Below, piece after piece: positions 10,701 through 21,000 of a stretch of DNA of 64,000 nucleotides; within the stretch, counting starts at the first letter, position 1, and each line of letters starts with the position of its first letter. The stretch is taken from the IMG/VR virus record IMGVR_UViG_3300042363_000729, positions 1 through 64,000 of that record. One strand, 5' to 3'. The position numbers and the translations under genes were made by a program. The DNA comes from an uncultured virus (IMG/VR IMGVR_UViG_3300042363_000729). Its lineage: Duplodnaviria; Heunggongvirae; Uroviricota; Caudoviricetes. Below the pieces are notes generated by a model that did not search any database, was not told the DNA's origin, and saw only the letters and a program-made list of their open reading frames with translations.

Positions 10701-10997
10701 AGAGTATGCCGCAAGCAGGCCATATTCGTTGAGCTCGTAACCATTGATTGGTGTGCCAGTTGTGGTGTTGTAAAAGAACGGAACACCAAATGTGGCTGCC
10801 AAATCACGCTGGCTGGTGATCAAGTAAGTTTTATTTGCGTTTGCCGCAAGTGTACCGGCCGCAACAGTGATACCGTCACTAGATACTTTGTTCTGCGCTG
10901 TGGCAACCATAAAGTAAGGTACTGTGTTAACAGCTGAAGGTATGTATTGACTTTCGTCAATTACTGTTACTTCTACGCCTGGAGATACTAGAGCCAT
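7704..10997 (-). CDS. Tail sheath protein (gp18-like), ~1097 aa with large insertions
   Basis: MALVSPGVEVTVIDES N-terminus at 10997; C-terminal PWLAPAGTRRG...INPI...FGNKT...DRINVARL...FEPND...IEPVKAVEFIYI sheath motifs. Confidence 0.93.
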   Translation of the reverse strand: MALVSPGVEVTVIDESQYIPSAVNTVPYFMVATAQNKVSSDGITVAAGTLAANANKTYLITSQRDLAATFGVPFFYNTTTGTPINGYELNEYGLLAAYSALGVSNRCYVQRANIDLSELTASLNRPVGNAANGTYWLDTADSSFGIFEWNQTTAVFENKVPLIITDTAEVTNFSGGNLTPIASVGSIGDYAIVAVTTVLQGYYKKYDNTWVLIGDDDWKMAWPTVAGSNAPATLTVGANIYINDNLVTVGATNTVAGFVAVINAAAIAGVFARSVNGQLYLYADSTAANDGSSLTNNGLIAVDPGPNSGAALLTALGITTGEYAAPEYFPGYSYQAPRWRTTDTDGGRPTGSVWQNVSVANNGMSLAVKSWSTALGTWVQQACPVYNGDSAAIYGLDPTGGGKNIPVGTTYASPRALFYQTTPLVTLAFEIYERIALGQTVVTGTTAFTSTENAFVTGDQFTMAATEPGTATSVSATVTLGGQTVSAFLAAVSAAGIANVSASVNTAGNIVFTHATGGSISLVNSAGDVAVTTAGFTSATPYVRPNTQVSGGVVLTNFVGTPQFTYTASDTAPDQDPADGRLWYYSSVSDADIMIQDNGTWQGYQNVTNDARGYDLSLTNASGPIIAATAPTTQNDTAESPLAYGDLWIDTSDLENYPKLYRWEPVSGTDQWVEIDTSDQTTQSGVLFADARWAPNGTTDPVADAYPTIESLLTSDYLDLDAPDPALYPQGVLLFNTRRSGYNVKSFQSNYFNATDYPDDTLPVVTSTWLTASGNKDNGSMWSGRLAQRQLIVRALKSGVDTSVAAREEQNGFNIIATPAYPELTPNMIALSNERNNTLFVVADTPMRLGADGNSLVEWATNNNGLGLITEDGNSSTSNYAGAFYPSCQTNDLSGNTVVQPPSHMMVRTILRSDAVSYPWLAPAGTRRGVVDNASAIGYIEATTGEFQQIGVSQSIRDILYERNINPITFIPGVGIVNFGNKTTTTTTTALDRINVARLVAFLRGRLEEVGKLYLFEPNDEITRNEITNTVNSLMIDLIAKRAIYDYLVVCDLSNNTPARIDRNELWVDIAIEPVKAVEFIYIPLRIKNTGEISGGA

Positions 10998-11083
10998 AAT
11001 GAATTCCTTTTCAAGTTGTAGATATTTATTGGTAAATGCCAAAAATGGTGTTCTACGCCGCCCTTTAGCAAAGGTCCAGACAC

Positions 11084-11089
11084 TAAATA
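11084..11089 (+). promoter_or_regulatory. Late-promoter-like TAAATA, 4 nt before the HNH gene ATG
   Basis: Same hexamer recurs upstream of most structural genes; T4 late promoter is TATAAATA. Confidence 0.55.
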
Positions 11090-11093
11090 CACC

Positions 11094-11438
11094 ATGAGAC
11101 CCATTTGTCAGGCCTGCAACCAACGCCCCTGTGCTGTGAACTACATCAAAGAAGATCGCACACACTATCGCAGTCGTTGCGAAACTTGTCAACGCAAGGG
11201 TCGCGGACTCAAGAAGAGGCAAGCCCGCTGGGAGCAAGCGGGCTATAAGAAAAAAATGCAGTGTGACCGTTGTGGCTTCAAGGCCAGGTATTCAGCACAG
11301 ATGTTGGTGTATCATGCTGACGGTGATCTAAACAACGTGGCGCTGAAAAATCTAAAATCAATCTGCAAAAACTGTGTGGAGGAAGTTGCTAGGAGTGACT
11401 TGCCGTGGCGTTTGGGAGATCTTGAACCAGACGCTTGA
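11094..11438 (+). CDS. Zn-ribbon/HNH-like small endonuclease
   Basis: Several CxxC pairs; CDRCG...VYHADGDLNNVALKNLKSICKNC is a degenerate HNH motif. Confidence 0.7.
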   Translation: MRPICQACNQRPCAVNYIKEDRTHYRSRCETCQRKGRGLKKRQARWEQAGYKKKMQCDRCGFKARYSAQMLVYHADGDLNNVALKNLKSICKNCVEEVARSDLPWRLGDLEPDA

Positions 11439-12033
11439 TCTGTTGATAAAGGTGATCCAGGGTATCATTATTGTCAAGAATAGCATCAAACTTTGTACCT
11501 GCCCACGAACTTTCACTAGCGTGTATCCCTAGCGATTTGAGTTTTTCTGCGGCAAATATGTCTCCGTCATTGGCTTTACAGGCCATAATATACCAACTGG
11601 GTAACTCTCCACGACGCACCCAGATAATCATACCGCCTTGATTTTTTATGGCTTTGATTTCATTGGGAAAACGGCAATCGCTAATAACCACATCATCTTG
11701 GCTGTTACGTAATTTGTTTTCCAAACTGGCAATCCACATATCATCGTGAAAGCCCTGACGACACACTTCTGTACCCCAGTATTGTAGTATCCAGCGAGGT
11801 GTTAAATTAGGCATGTTCAAGCGTTCTGCCCACCAAGGATCTACTTGCTCACGCCATTCACGAGCTTGTTTAGTGCGCCCTTCCAGCATGGTTCTGTCCC
11901 AACCAAACACATGTGCCACTGCATCTTTCAAACTGTTGGCAAAACTTTCTCTACGAAAGTGATGCAAATTCACAAGATAATCAGCTATGGTATCTTTGCC
12001 AGAACCAATAAAACCACAGATGCCAATGATCAT
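11389..12033 (-). CDS. Deoxynucleoside monophosphate kinase (T4 gp1-like)
   Basis: IIGICGFIGSGKDT P-loop; SFANSLKD, TPRWILQYWGTE, SDCRFPNE, HASE. Confidence 0.9.
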   Translation of the reverse strand: MIIGICGFIGSGKDTIADYLVNLHHFRRESFANSLKDAVAHVFGWDRTMLEGRTKQAREWREQVDPWWAERLNMPNLTPRWILQYWGTEVCRQGFHDDMWIASLENKLRNSQDDVVISDCRFPNEIKAIKNQGGMIIWVRRGELPSWYIMACKANDGDIFAAEKLKSLGIHASESSWAGTKFDAILDNNDTLDHLYQQIKRLVQDLPNATASHS

Positions 12034-12551
12034 GCCAGTTCCTTTATGTTGAAATATTTAAGAGTGTCTTGCAACAAGCCAATTTGTCTGCGGCAGTCTT
12101 CTAGTGCATGATGGCTTGTGGGCGGTTTTTCAAGTCCAGGCCATAGACTAAAAACTGTACGACTGTCCCGAACTGAATAGTACTGCCAAGGGATGGGCTT
12201 GTTGTAGCTTTTGTAAGCATGTTCTAGAATGGTCATGTCGTATGTGGGGCCTTGGGCCCAAATGCGCTTGGAGTGCCAAATCAGCCGGCCTAGCCCGTCC
12301 AGAGCCTGATCCAAAGGTATGCGCCCTTCTTCAGCAAAGGCTTCTGCTTGTGCTTCTTTTTGAGTGGCCCACCATTCAATTGTGCCTTGTTCAATTTTAC
12401 GATTGGGCTGACTTTCAAGATCAACTCGAGCATAGTAAAACTTGTCAGGATAATACCCATCGCTGAATGGGTTAAACGCCTGAGCGGCTATAGTAAGTAT
12501 ACAAGTTTCGGGGCCTGTTGCAAGGCCTTCCATGTCGATCATCAAGTCCAT
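12030..12551 (-). CDS. 3'-5' exonuclease, DEDDh family (DexA/Rv2179c-like)
   Basis: DLMIDMEGL, WAQGPTYD, RDSRT, HHALEDC. Confidence 0.85.
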   Translation of the reverse strand: MDLMIDMEGLATGPETCILTIAAQAFNPFSDGYYPDKFYYARVDLESQPNRKIEQGTIEWWATQKEAQAEAFAEEGRIPLDQALDGLGRLIWHSKRIWAQGPTYDMTILEHAYKSYNKPIPWQYYSVRDSRTVFSLWPGLEKPPTSHHALEDCRRQIGLLQDTLKYFNIKELA

Positions 12552-12556
12552 GTTGC

Positions 12557-12585
12557 ATTATAACACAGCTTGACAAGAATTGCAA
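12557..12585 (-). promoter_or_regulatory. Sigma70-type promoter for the exonuclease/kinase pair
   Basis: TTGCAA-17 nt-TATAAT on the minus strand; ATG 5 nt downstream of the -10 box. Confidence 0.7.
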
Positions 12586-12593
12586 TTTGTTTG

Positions 12594-13358
12594 TTAACCA
12601 ATTACCCAGGTAAGTGGCTGACTTGCATCCACATACAGTTTGAGTTGCTCAATCAAGTCAGCCATGGCTTCTTTGGCTTCAGATTTCATTGCGGCACCGT
12701 TTAGCTGTCCGCCGCCTTGTGGGCCAGCAATTTGAGCAAACTTTTCACGAGCTTCACCAATAATCATCTTGGAATTGGCCACCATGTAGTCCTTGATCCA
12801 CTGTGAAATTTGATAGTCAGCAAGCAGTTGGATTTCTGGCTTGAGTTGGTACACCCACAACAACACAGATTCGCCAGTGCCTTTGGGATCACGGATCAAT
12901 TGTAGTTTTTTTGTAACTGGATTCCAGGTATAGTTCATGTATGCGCCAAACATGCGTCCAGCCAATTCCACATACTGTGAGTAGAAATCGTAAGTGGCAA
13001 GACCACCGGCTGTGTTGAAGTTCATGAGATAAACGTTGACTGACGCCTGGGCAAACGGATCAAAGTTGCTTGCAAACGGTCCAGTGCTGTTGCCAAAAGT
13101 TCTGCGGAATATTTGACGCACACTATGCACTTCTTGTGGCAGTGTGTAGATGTTTTCGTCTTCAACCAACATCATAAAAATATAAGCTTCTTCATAAGCG
13201 GCATTGGCTCGCTGACGATAGGTACCTATAGTTTTTTGATACGCGGCTTCATAGTGAGCAGGGTCCAACTCAAGATCAATGATTTGATCTGCCAGTTGGA
13301 GTTTTACGTACTCAATTAAGTTTTGTTTGGCTTGTGCCAGTGTGTTTTCGTCAGCCAT
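12594..13358 (-). CDS. Neck protein (gp13-like)
   Basis: LIEYVKLQLADQIIDLELD...WIKDY...GEAREKFAQIAGPQGGGQLNG; TAAATA at 13382-13387. Confidence 0.8.
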   Translation of the reverse strand: MADENTLAQAKQNLIEYVKLQLADQIIDLELDPAHYEAAYQKTIGTYRQRANAAYEEAYIFMMLVEDENIYTLPQEVHSVRQIFRRTFGNSTGPFASNFDPFAQASVNVYLMNFNTAGGLATYDFYSQYVELAGRMFGAYMNYTWNPVTKKLQLIRDPKGTGESVLLWVYQLKPEIQLLADYQISQWIKDYMVANSKMIIGEAREKFAQIAGPQGGGQLNGAAMKSEAKEAMADLIEQLKLYVDASQPLTWVIG

Positions 13359-13384
13359 AAAAGGGAAGCTCCGTTCCCCTTTAT

Positions 13385-14521
13385 TTACCAGCTCTTGAGC
13401 ACTACAAGGTTCTCAGTGCCACGAGCATTCCATGCTGTTTCTGTGGTAGTTAGATCTTTAAATATCTTACGTGCCGCTGGCTTGCCTGCGGCTTGCACAG
13501 CTTTGATAACATCCTGTGGTTTACGCACAGTTTTTTGCATGGTATCCACAGTGCTAAATCCAATGATACTGTTGCTCTTAACAGTGAATGCCTGTGTGTG
13601 GCTGTCTGCAACAACATGGATCAACTTGCGTTTCTTGGTGTCATACAACCAAGCTTCTGTTTTGTCCACCAGACTTGCGGCTGGCAAGCCTTTGAGTTTG
13701 AGTTCCGCAAAGTCCACAATGTGCTTGAACTTTGCGGCACGTTTCTCTGGAGGTACTGCCTTTACTTTACGTGGCTTGCGTTCCACTTTCTTGATCTGCA
13801 CATAAGCACCGCAGTCGTTGACCACAGCTTCGCAAAACTTGATCACATTGCGCAGTTGAATTTTGGAGAGATGACTGTAACCCTCCACCAGTTGTGCATC
13901 TTTGCCTTCTACCACACGCTCAAACTCTGTGAGCTTGCGTTTCCAAACATCTGCAATAATACTAACCATTTGTGGTGCCACATTCATGCTTCGCAAAAGT
14001 GTAACAGGCTTGTAGTCAGCTGACATCTTGGCACCTGTCTCCAAAAAATCGTCAAACAAACCGTCAAGCTCGCCTATGCACTCATTTACTTTTTCACGCA
14101 GTCGGTCTTGAATGGTAATTCTTGGTGTGGCATCTTCCACCACTGCTTCGGGCGCAATTTCGTTTTGTTTGCTGTCTAGTATTTCGCGCAGTTGATTTTC
14201 TAACTTGAGCTGTTCTGTGTCATGCAGTTCCAAGCCCACCATGCTCATACGGCACAACCAACCTGTGGTCAAGCGAATAGCTGAATCTGGAATACCTTTG
14301 AGCAGTCGCACATCTTCTTTGCGGTCATGTGTTTCTAGGTAGTTTACAATCATGTCACGGGCATCTTTTTTGCCATAAAAATAATTGTACCAACTAAATG
14401 CATTACTCATTTTACTGATGCGAAAGTCAGTGGGCTGGATTTGCCAAGTTGGCTCCCCACCCAGAATGTTGGTGTCTGCGCTACGTGGATTAAGCATTTT
14501 AATTTTGAATGTGGTACTCAT
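13385..14521 (-). CDS. Hypothetical protein (378 aa)
   Basis: Long ORF co-oriented with 14530-14817 under a sigma70-like promoter; no family recognised. Confidence 0.75.
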   Translation of the reverse strand: MSTTFKIKMLNPRSADTNILGGEPTWQIQPTDFRISKMSNAFSWYNYFYGKKDARDMIVNYLETHDRKEDVRLLKGIPDSAIRLTTGWLCRMSMVGLELHDTEQLKLENQLREILDSKQNEIAPEAVVEDATPRITIQDRLREKVNECIGELDGLFDDFLETGAKMSADYKPVTLLRSMNVAPQMVSIIADVWKRKLTEFERVVEGKDAQLVEGYSHLSKIQLRNVIKFCEAVVNDCGAYVQIKKVERKPRKVKAVPPEKRAAKFKHIVDFAELKLKGLPAASLVDKTEAWLYDTKKRKLIHVVADSHTQAFTVKSNSIIGFSTVDTMQKTVRKPQDVIKAVQAAGKPAARKIFKDLTTTETAWNARGTENLVVLKSW

Positions 14522-14529
14522 GTGTTTCC

Positions 14530-14817
14530 TTACTTAGTTTTGGGCAAGTGCTTGACAGCGTCAAAAAGTCTAGCGGCACGTTTGACGTCAAAATTTTTGT
14601 GCTTGTACATCCAGGCTTTTTTGCGCTCTGCTGTTTCTAGTGCTTCTGCCAAGCGCCATTTAGTGTCAAAGTCCACTGTCATTATTATACGGCTCATATC
14701 CACAATGTCAAGAGCGTACTCTACCCATTTTTCTGTGGCTTTTATTTTGTCATAGGACTGTATAAATCCCTTGCCTTTTGGGCCCGTGTACTTTGTTAAA
14801 AAGTTAGCGGCTTTCAT
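14530..14817 (-). CDS. Hypothetical protein (95 aa)
   Basis: ORF with AGGAG Shine-Dalgarno and an upstream sigma70-like promoter. Confidence 0.75.
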   Translation of the reverse strand: MKAANFLTKYTGPKGKGFIQSYDKIKATEKWVEYALDIVDMSRIIMTVDFDTKWRLAEALETAERKKAWMYKHKNFDVKRAARLFDAVKHLPKTK

Positions 14818-14845
14818 AACATACTCCTGGAGTGGTTAAGCATGT

Positions 14846-14874
14846 ATTATAGCAGTTCTAGATTTATTGGTCAA
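14846..14874 (-). promoter_or_regulatory. Sigma70-type promoter with extended -10
   Basis: TTGACC-17 nt-TATAAT preceded by TGC on the minus strand. Confidence 0.75.
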
Positions 14875-14881
14875 CCGCCCA

Positions 14882-14887
14882 TAAATA
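14882..14887 (+). promoter_or_regulatory. Late-promoter-like TAAATA
   Basis: 6 nt before the ATG at 14894. Confidence 0.6.
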
Positions 14888-14893
14888 CAAGCT

Positions 14894-16267
14894 ATGCCAC
14901 GCCTAAGCCTTTATCGCCCCAATCGCACACGTGATTACCAATTTTTAGACCGCACCATCAGTGAAATGTACACTGTGGGCGGGTTGGACATTTATGTCCA
15001 CAAGTATTTGGGTCCACAGCCTGGGGGTGAGGACAGCGCCTTGAGTGGCAACGGCGATGCTACACAGCCCATTTATGACGAGCTGAGCCCGTTAAATATT
15101 CAAGACCTGCTGTTGTTGGAAAACCGTGATCGTGTGTACGCTGATGATATCTACATCATGCGTGGAGTTTACACCCACCAAGACGTGGACTTTGACCTAA
15201 CACAGTTTGGCTTGTTCTTGAACAACGATACCTTGTTCATTACGTTTCACTACAACGACATGATTGACTCCCTGGGTCGCAAGCTCATGAACGGCGACGT
15301 AATTGAAGTCACAAACTTGATTGATTATCATCCGCTTAATGCTGCCACTCCCAAGGCCTTGCCCAAGTACTATGTGATTCAAGACGCCAACTATGCAACA
15401 GAAGGCATGAGTCAGACTTGGATGCCACACACCTGGCGTGTTAAGGCTACCCCACTCAACAATCAACAAGAATACAAGAGCATTCTTGACAAGCCTTTTG
15501 TGAGTGAAAATATCTGGGACAATGACAATTACTATCCCATGGGCTGGGTTGCAAATTATGGTGACGTTTACTACAAGACCATAAAAAATACCCCAGCTGG
15601 TATTGATATAACCAATACTGAATACTGGCAAGAATACACGCCACAAAGCATCAGCGATGGCATGAGCACTCGCCCCAAAGACAATCAAATCAACGATGCT
15701 ATACTACAACAAGCTGACGTTGAAGTTCCGCTTAGTGGTTACGAAACTGGCAGTTTCTATCTGATGTCTGACAATGCAATTGGACAAACTGGCAACCCAA
15801 CATCTCTCACTACTGATGGTGCGCAAACTGTGGATGGCACTCAAGGCGGAATGAGCGTGAGCCCAGATAGTTATATTTTGGGCTATTTGACTGGTAGTAC
15901 TGTACCTCCAAATGGTTTGCCAGTAACCAGCGGTGTTACATTCCCTACTCAGGCCGTGGATGGAGACTACTGCTTGCGTTTGGATTATTTCCCCAATCGT
16001 TTGTTTAGATACAATGGTGCAGTTAGACGTTGGATCAAACAGGAGAGTGGAGTGCGAACAGATCTCAATAATGGGCCAGCCAACACAACTTTACGCTCAG
16101 GTTTTGTTAACAATACATACACAGTGAATACGCCAGACCTGGGTGCTATACCTAGTCGTCAAAGTCTTAGCGATTTGCTCAAACCACGTGCTGACAATGG
16201 AGATCAAGGTGGACATCTAGATCCAGATCCAAGACCCGGCACACAACCTGGACAACAGAACACATAA
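14894..16267 (+). CDS. Neck/head-closure protein (gp14-like) with C-terminal extension
   Basis: DLTQFGLFLNNDTLFITFHYNDM...GDVIE resembles the gp14 core; precedes the gp15-like gene. Confidence 0.6.
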   Translation: MPRLSLYRPNRTRDYQFLDRTISEMYTVGGLDIYVHKYLGPQPGGEDSALSGNGDATQPIYDELSPLNIQDLLLLENRDRVYADDIYIMRGVYTHQDVDFDLTQFGLFLNNDTLFITFHYNDMIDSLGRKLMNGDVIEVTNLIDYHPLNAATPKALPKYYVIQDANYATEGMSQTWMPHTWRVKATPLNNQQEYKSILDKPFVSENIWDNDNYYPMGWVANYGDVYYKTIKNTPAGIDITNTEYWQEYTPQSISDGMSTRPKDNQINDAILQQADVEVPLSGYETGSFYLMSDNAIGQTGNPTSLTTDGAQTVDGTQGGMSVSPDSYILGYLTGSTVPPNGLPVTSGVTFPTQAVDGDYCLRLDYFPNRLFRYNGAVRRWIKQESGVRTDLNNGPANTTLRSGFVNNTYTVNTPDLGAIPSRQSLSDLLKPRADNGDQGGHLDPDPRPGTQPGQQNT

Positions 16268-17667
16268 TGCAACAATTTTTTTACGATGCCCAAATACGAA
16301 GATTCTTACTACAGTTCACAAGAATCATGAGTAACTTTCAAGTTGAGTATGGCAACGAAACTGATGGTACAAACGCGGCTGCCTTGTTGCGGGTTCCAGT
16401 TCGCTACGGAGATTCAAGTCGTAATGCACAAACTGTGATTCAAAACAACTCTGCAAATCAGCTGCCGTCAACCCCCTTGATGACATTTTATATCACCTCG
16501 CTTGATTACGATCGCCCTAGAATGCAAGAGCCCTACTTTGTAAGCAAGGTCAATGTGCGTCAGCGCACATACGATTCTGCTACAGAAACATACGAAACCA
16601 CGCAAGGCAATGCATTTACTGTTGAACGCCTGATGCCTGTGCCTTACAAGTTAGGTATAACTTTGGATATTTGGACTTCAAATACCAATCAAAAGTTTCA
16701 GTTACTGGAACAAATTTTGACGCTATTCAATCCCAGTTTAGAAGTACAAAGTACTGACAATTATCTTGACTGGACCAGTCTCAGCATGGTCGAACTTGAA
16801 AGTACTCAGTGGAGCTCACGCACTATTCCAGTGGGTGCCGACAATCCCATTGACATTTGCACGTTGAAATTTACTCTGCCAATTTGGATCAGTAGTCCAG
16901 CCAAGGTCAAGAAGCTGGGCGTAGTAGAACGTGTGATCATGAGCATGTATGATGCCCAAGGTGATTTAAATGAAGCTGTGACCAACAGTGATTTGTTGCT
17001 GGGCACTAGAGTTGTAATCACTCCTTATAACTGGGCTGTGGCGCTAATTGGTAATCAGTTGCAGGTTTTGCAACAAACCAGTCTTGTACAAGAACCCAGC
17101 AATGACGCACTGACTCCAACCACGGTCATATCTGACAGTCCGTTGTTGTGGCCTGCTGTGATTGATTTGTACGGGACTCTAAGACCGGGTATCAGTCAAA
17201 TACGTCTTGAACAGCGCGATGGCACTGAAGTTATAGGCACAATTGCCCTCAATCCCAATGACAACAGATTGTTGATTTTTGATATTGACTTAGATACTGC
17301 GCCGCAAAACACCTTGGACCCAGTTGACGCTGTGATCAATCCCTTGACCAGCGGGCCGCAACAGGGTTTGGATTCAGCCCTGGACGGGCAAAGATACTTG
17401 CTGACTGAGGCCACCGGCAGTGGTACTGGCAGCAACGTGGCCACAGCTTGGCAAGGTGCCAACGGACGACCACTAATAGCCCAGGCCAATGACATTATTG
17501 AATATGCCAACAACTATTGGCAAGTGGTTTTTAGAGCCGACGGACAACCTGCAGAACAATATGTAACTAACATAACTACTGGTACACAGTATGAATGGAA
17601 TGGTGAAGCATGGGTAAAAAGTTATCAAGGGGTGTATCCAGGGGGCCAGTGGAGCATAGTGCTTTAA
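16267..17667 (+). CDS. Tail terminator/sheath stabiliser (gp15-like) with C-terminal extension
   Basis: FFYDAQIRRFLLQF...RVPVRYG...MPVPYKL...QLLEQILTLFNPS motifs. Confidence 0.8.
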   Translation: MQQFFYDAQIRRFLLQFTRIMSNFQVEYGNETDGTNAAALLRVPVRYGDSSRNAQTVIQNNSANQLPSTPLMTFYITSLDYDRPRMQEPYFVSKVNVRQRTYDSATETYETTQGNAFTVERLMPVPYKLGITLDIWTSNTNQKFQLLEQILTLFNPSLEVQSTDNYLDWTSLSMVELESTQWSSRTIPVGADNPIDICTLKFTLPIWISSPAKVKKLGVVERVIMSMYDAQGDLNEAVTNSDLLLGTRVVITPYNWAVALIGNQLQVLQQTSLVQEPSNDALTPTTVISDSPLLWPAVIDLYGTLRPGISQIRLEQRDGTEVIGTIALNPNDNRLLIFDIDLDTAPQNTLDPVDAVINPLTSGPQQGLDSALDGQRYLLTEATGSGTGSNVATAWQGANGRPLIAQANDIIEYANNYWQVVFRADGQPAEQYVTNITTGTQYEWNGEAWVKSYQGVYPGGQWSIVL

Positions 17668-18083
17668 AGGCTGTAGGCGTTTGGTTTCGCAGCCAGCGCA
17701 CCGATCGGTATCTTTATCTCTTACGTAATGATTCAAAACATCCCGGGGCCTGGGGCTTGCCTGGCGGCAAACTAGAGTCCGGGGAAACCTTGCTTGACGG
17801 TATGAAACGCGAGTGTATTGAAGAGCTTGGAATATTCCCTATGTTTCATAGACTGATTCCACTAGAAACATTTACCTCAGCAGACAGTTTGTTCGAATAT
17901 CACACTTGGATTTGCTTGATAGCTGACGAATTCATGCCCACGCTAAACAACGAGCACCTTGGCTATGCTTGGCTTGATTCAGGACATTTTCCCAAGCCCA
18001 TGCATCCTGGCTTGTGGAACACTGTGAACATTGAAGCAGTGCAACACAAGATCTTGTTGGTTGAACAAGATCTTGTTGGTTAG
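17610..18083 (+). CDS. Nudix hydrolase (true start possibly GTG at 17649)
   Basis: Nudix box GGKLESGETLLDGMKRECIEELG. Confidence 0.88.
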   Translation: MGKKLSRGVSRGPVEHSALKAVGVWFRSQRTDRYLYLLRNDSKHPGAWGLPGGKLESGETLLDGMKRECIEELGIFPMFHRLIPLETFTSADSLFEYHTWICLIADEFMPTLNNEHLGYAWLDSGHFPKPMHPGLWNTVNIEAVQHKILLVEQDLVG

Positions 18084-21000
18084 GCCTGACTCTCTTGGAA
18101 CTGAATCTGTATGTCTGCGGTTGGGTTAACAATTGTTGACAACGCAGTAACCTGAATTGCCAAGACCTCAGGACCGTCAGGATACGTGCCTTGTCCAGGG
18201 ATAGCACTGGTACCAATTTGCTTGACTGATGACAAATCCAACAACCCAGAGTTTGTGGTTGACACTGGAATCGCAAACAGTCTTTCACCGCCACTCAATT
18301 CACTAACAATAGCAACCACAGTCAAGTTTAAATCGTTTGTGGTTGTTGAGCCGCCCAGGGAGGTTCCCAAGATCTTGAGTGTGTCGCCCACTGCATACCC
18401 AGTACCAGCTGTGGTCACAGTGATCTGTGTGTTCAAGTTTGAGTAAGTTGTTGTGCCAGTAGCAGACAATGTCACAGTAAGAATACCGCCTGACCCTGAG
18501 CTTGACACGTTGGTGGGAGTAATACCAGTAAAAGACGCCTGGCTAGAGCGACTGGCTTTGGTACCTGATTTGGAGAAACCACCAGTTGACCCAAAGACTG
18601 AACCTACCAAACCACCTGTGGTTGACGCTGTGTAAATTGGCGCAACTGCAAACTGAGTAAAGCTAGGCTGGAAGCCGCCAGATATGTTGTTGAGACCAGT
18701 CCATTCTGTGTTGTAACTGTCCAAGTTGGCAGGATTCAAAATACCTTCAATCAAGAAACGTGAGTTTGCCACTTGCAAGTTGATGATCAGTGAACTCAAG
18801 GCCAACTGCGCACGATTAATAAGATCACGCTGGCCCAAGTTACCAATAATACTGTTTGATACACTGGGACTCAATCGCATGGCAAATGGCACTGACTTGT
18901 TGCCTGATGTTGCTGGCATACCATAGTTGGTACGGTTAAATGTAAACTGATAACCTGCGTCTTCGTCAAACCCGCCGTCCATGACAACTGCACTACCCCA
19001 ATGGTTAACCACTGGTACACAAGTATTGCTGATCAAGATAACACCAGTGTTGTCAGCGTGACTCACAGCCGCACTGGATGTGTAACTGCGACTTTGACCC
19101 TCTGCCCACTGTTGGAACGTTGCCGCACGAGTAACACCAGTCAGAGTGTTTGCATTGTAATTTATCCCTGAGTACTTGATAATTTCACTTTCAATCATGC
19201 AAAACACAGGATATGTAACTGATGCGCCAGGGTAGTCTGTGGCATCACGTAGATAAATTGTTGTGTCGCTGTCACTCAACACACCATTAAGACTGGATAT
19301 TGCAGTGTCGTTAGAAGCTTCATATCGTGCAGGCAAGTTACCTGAACGCATGTATGCTTCGTTGTTGCGGTTGTTGTTGGTAATTTTATGTGCTGGAATA
19401 AACTCACCAAACTGTCCACGAACCATGTAGGTCACATAACCAGCACCGTACCAGCTGTATTCGATCCCCAACATCTGCATTTTGCTTGGGTCAATTGTGA
19501 ATCCAGATACTCCTGTGCCATCCAACGGGTCAACGTTGAAATCTTCTTGTCGAATACGTTGTTCAAGTCTCAGTGTCATTTTCACACGAGTCTGGTTGGT
19601 AACACCACGGTATGGTGGAACCACAGTCATACGCTGTTGACCAAGAATACTTGTGACTGTGTGAGTCATACCTCTTATAACCACAATGTCACCTTGATTG
19701 AGCTGGTCCTGGAAGCGGCATGTGCCATCGCCAGTTACCAAGTTTGATCCTGCACCAACAGACACTAGGCCAGCAATCTGAAATGTACTTGACCGTTGTA
19801 CTACGTTGAGTGACTGGCCGTCTTCTTCCCAGAACAAGCCATTTTGGTCGTCAAAAATACCAGCACGTATACTTGCGCCGTGCCAGGCAGTGATGTTGAC
19901 CCGCGGTTGCTGTCCCAGGGTAGGGCTAGCACTGCTAAGAACATACTGTGCTTGTACCACAAAAGTCAAATCACTCGTGATTGTTGTTACCACATACCCA
20001 GAACCATCATACCCACCAGTAGTAACGCCAGAGATAGTGACTACTGCCCCAGGATTTAAGCCATGTTCAACATCAGTGGTAATTGAAATATTGCTGTTAA
20101 CGTTTGTTCCGTCAGCTGATAATGCCGCAATGTCAAATGTTGGTTGCAACATGGTACCTGATGAGAACAAAATACCTTTACCAGATTGGTAACGAAAATA
20201 CTTTTTAGTTTGACGGAATGCGGAAGCGCCGCGAGTTGGCGATCCGGCGCTCATGATAACACCGCCATCAAATGGTCTTGGCTGGAATGTTGCGTTACTG
20301 CGAATGTTGATTGTTCCGGCCAAACTGCCACTTACTACAGCACCAGTCTTGGCAGTGTAGGTGAATGTGGTTGTGCTGGGCACTGAGATCACAAAGAAAC
20401 TGCCTTCAGCATATTCTTGGTTGGTACCTGAACTCAGGTTAACCATGATTGGGGTGCCTGGATTTAGTCCGTGTGCATAGGTGGTTGTTACTGTGATTGT
20501 GCTGGGGTTTGCACCGTCACTGACAATACTTGCAATATCCAAGTCAGCACCAGTAAACGCAAATGCCTGTCGAACACTGGTGTCATTTTGATTCAGTGGA
20601 TATCCTGCCGCAAGAGTTGGTGAACGCTTGGGGTAGAATGCAAAGTTGTTGTCGTTTGCATAGCTAACAAAGTTAACACCCTCAGTGTTGGAGTTTGTTG
20701 TGTTAAAAGTTGAACAGTAGTTGCCCGCGATCAGGCCGTGTGCGTCAGCGTTTACAGCCACTTGTGGAATGTTGGCATTGCCTGACGCAAAATACAAACC
20801 AGTCATGCGAATTAGTGGAGATCCTACGCCAGCACCAGTCAGTGCTGTGGTGTAAAATTGACCACGAGTCAGTGTTTGTGAGCCGTTGACTGCGGTGTTG
20901 ATTGCACTCATGTTTACCAGCTCAACGTTGCTACTCAAACGCTGAAACACAGTGCCTGTGGCAAATGCGTTTGCGGCTGGAATGTTATACCAACCACGTG

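Noticed and set aside
10998..11237. 80-aa N-terminal extension of the sheath ORF in the ORF track
   Set aside because: It overlaps the HNH gene and a TAAATA promoter at 11023-11028; the canonical sheath start MALVSPG is at 10997.
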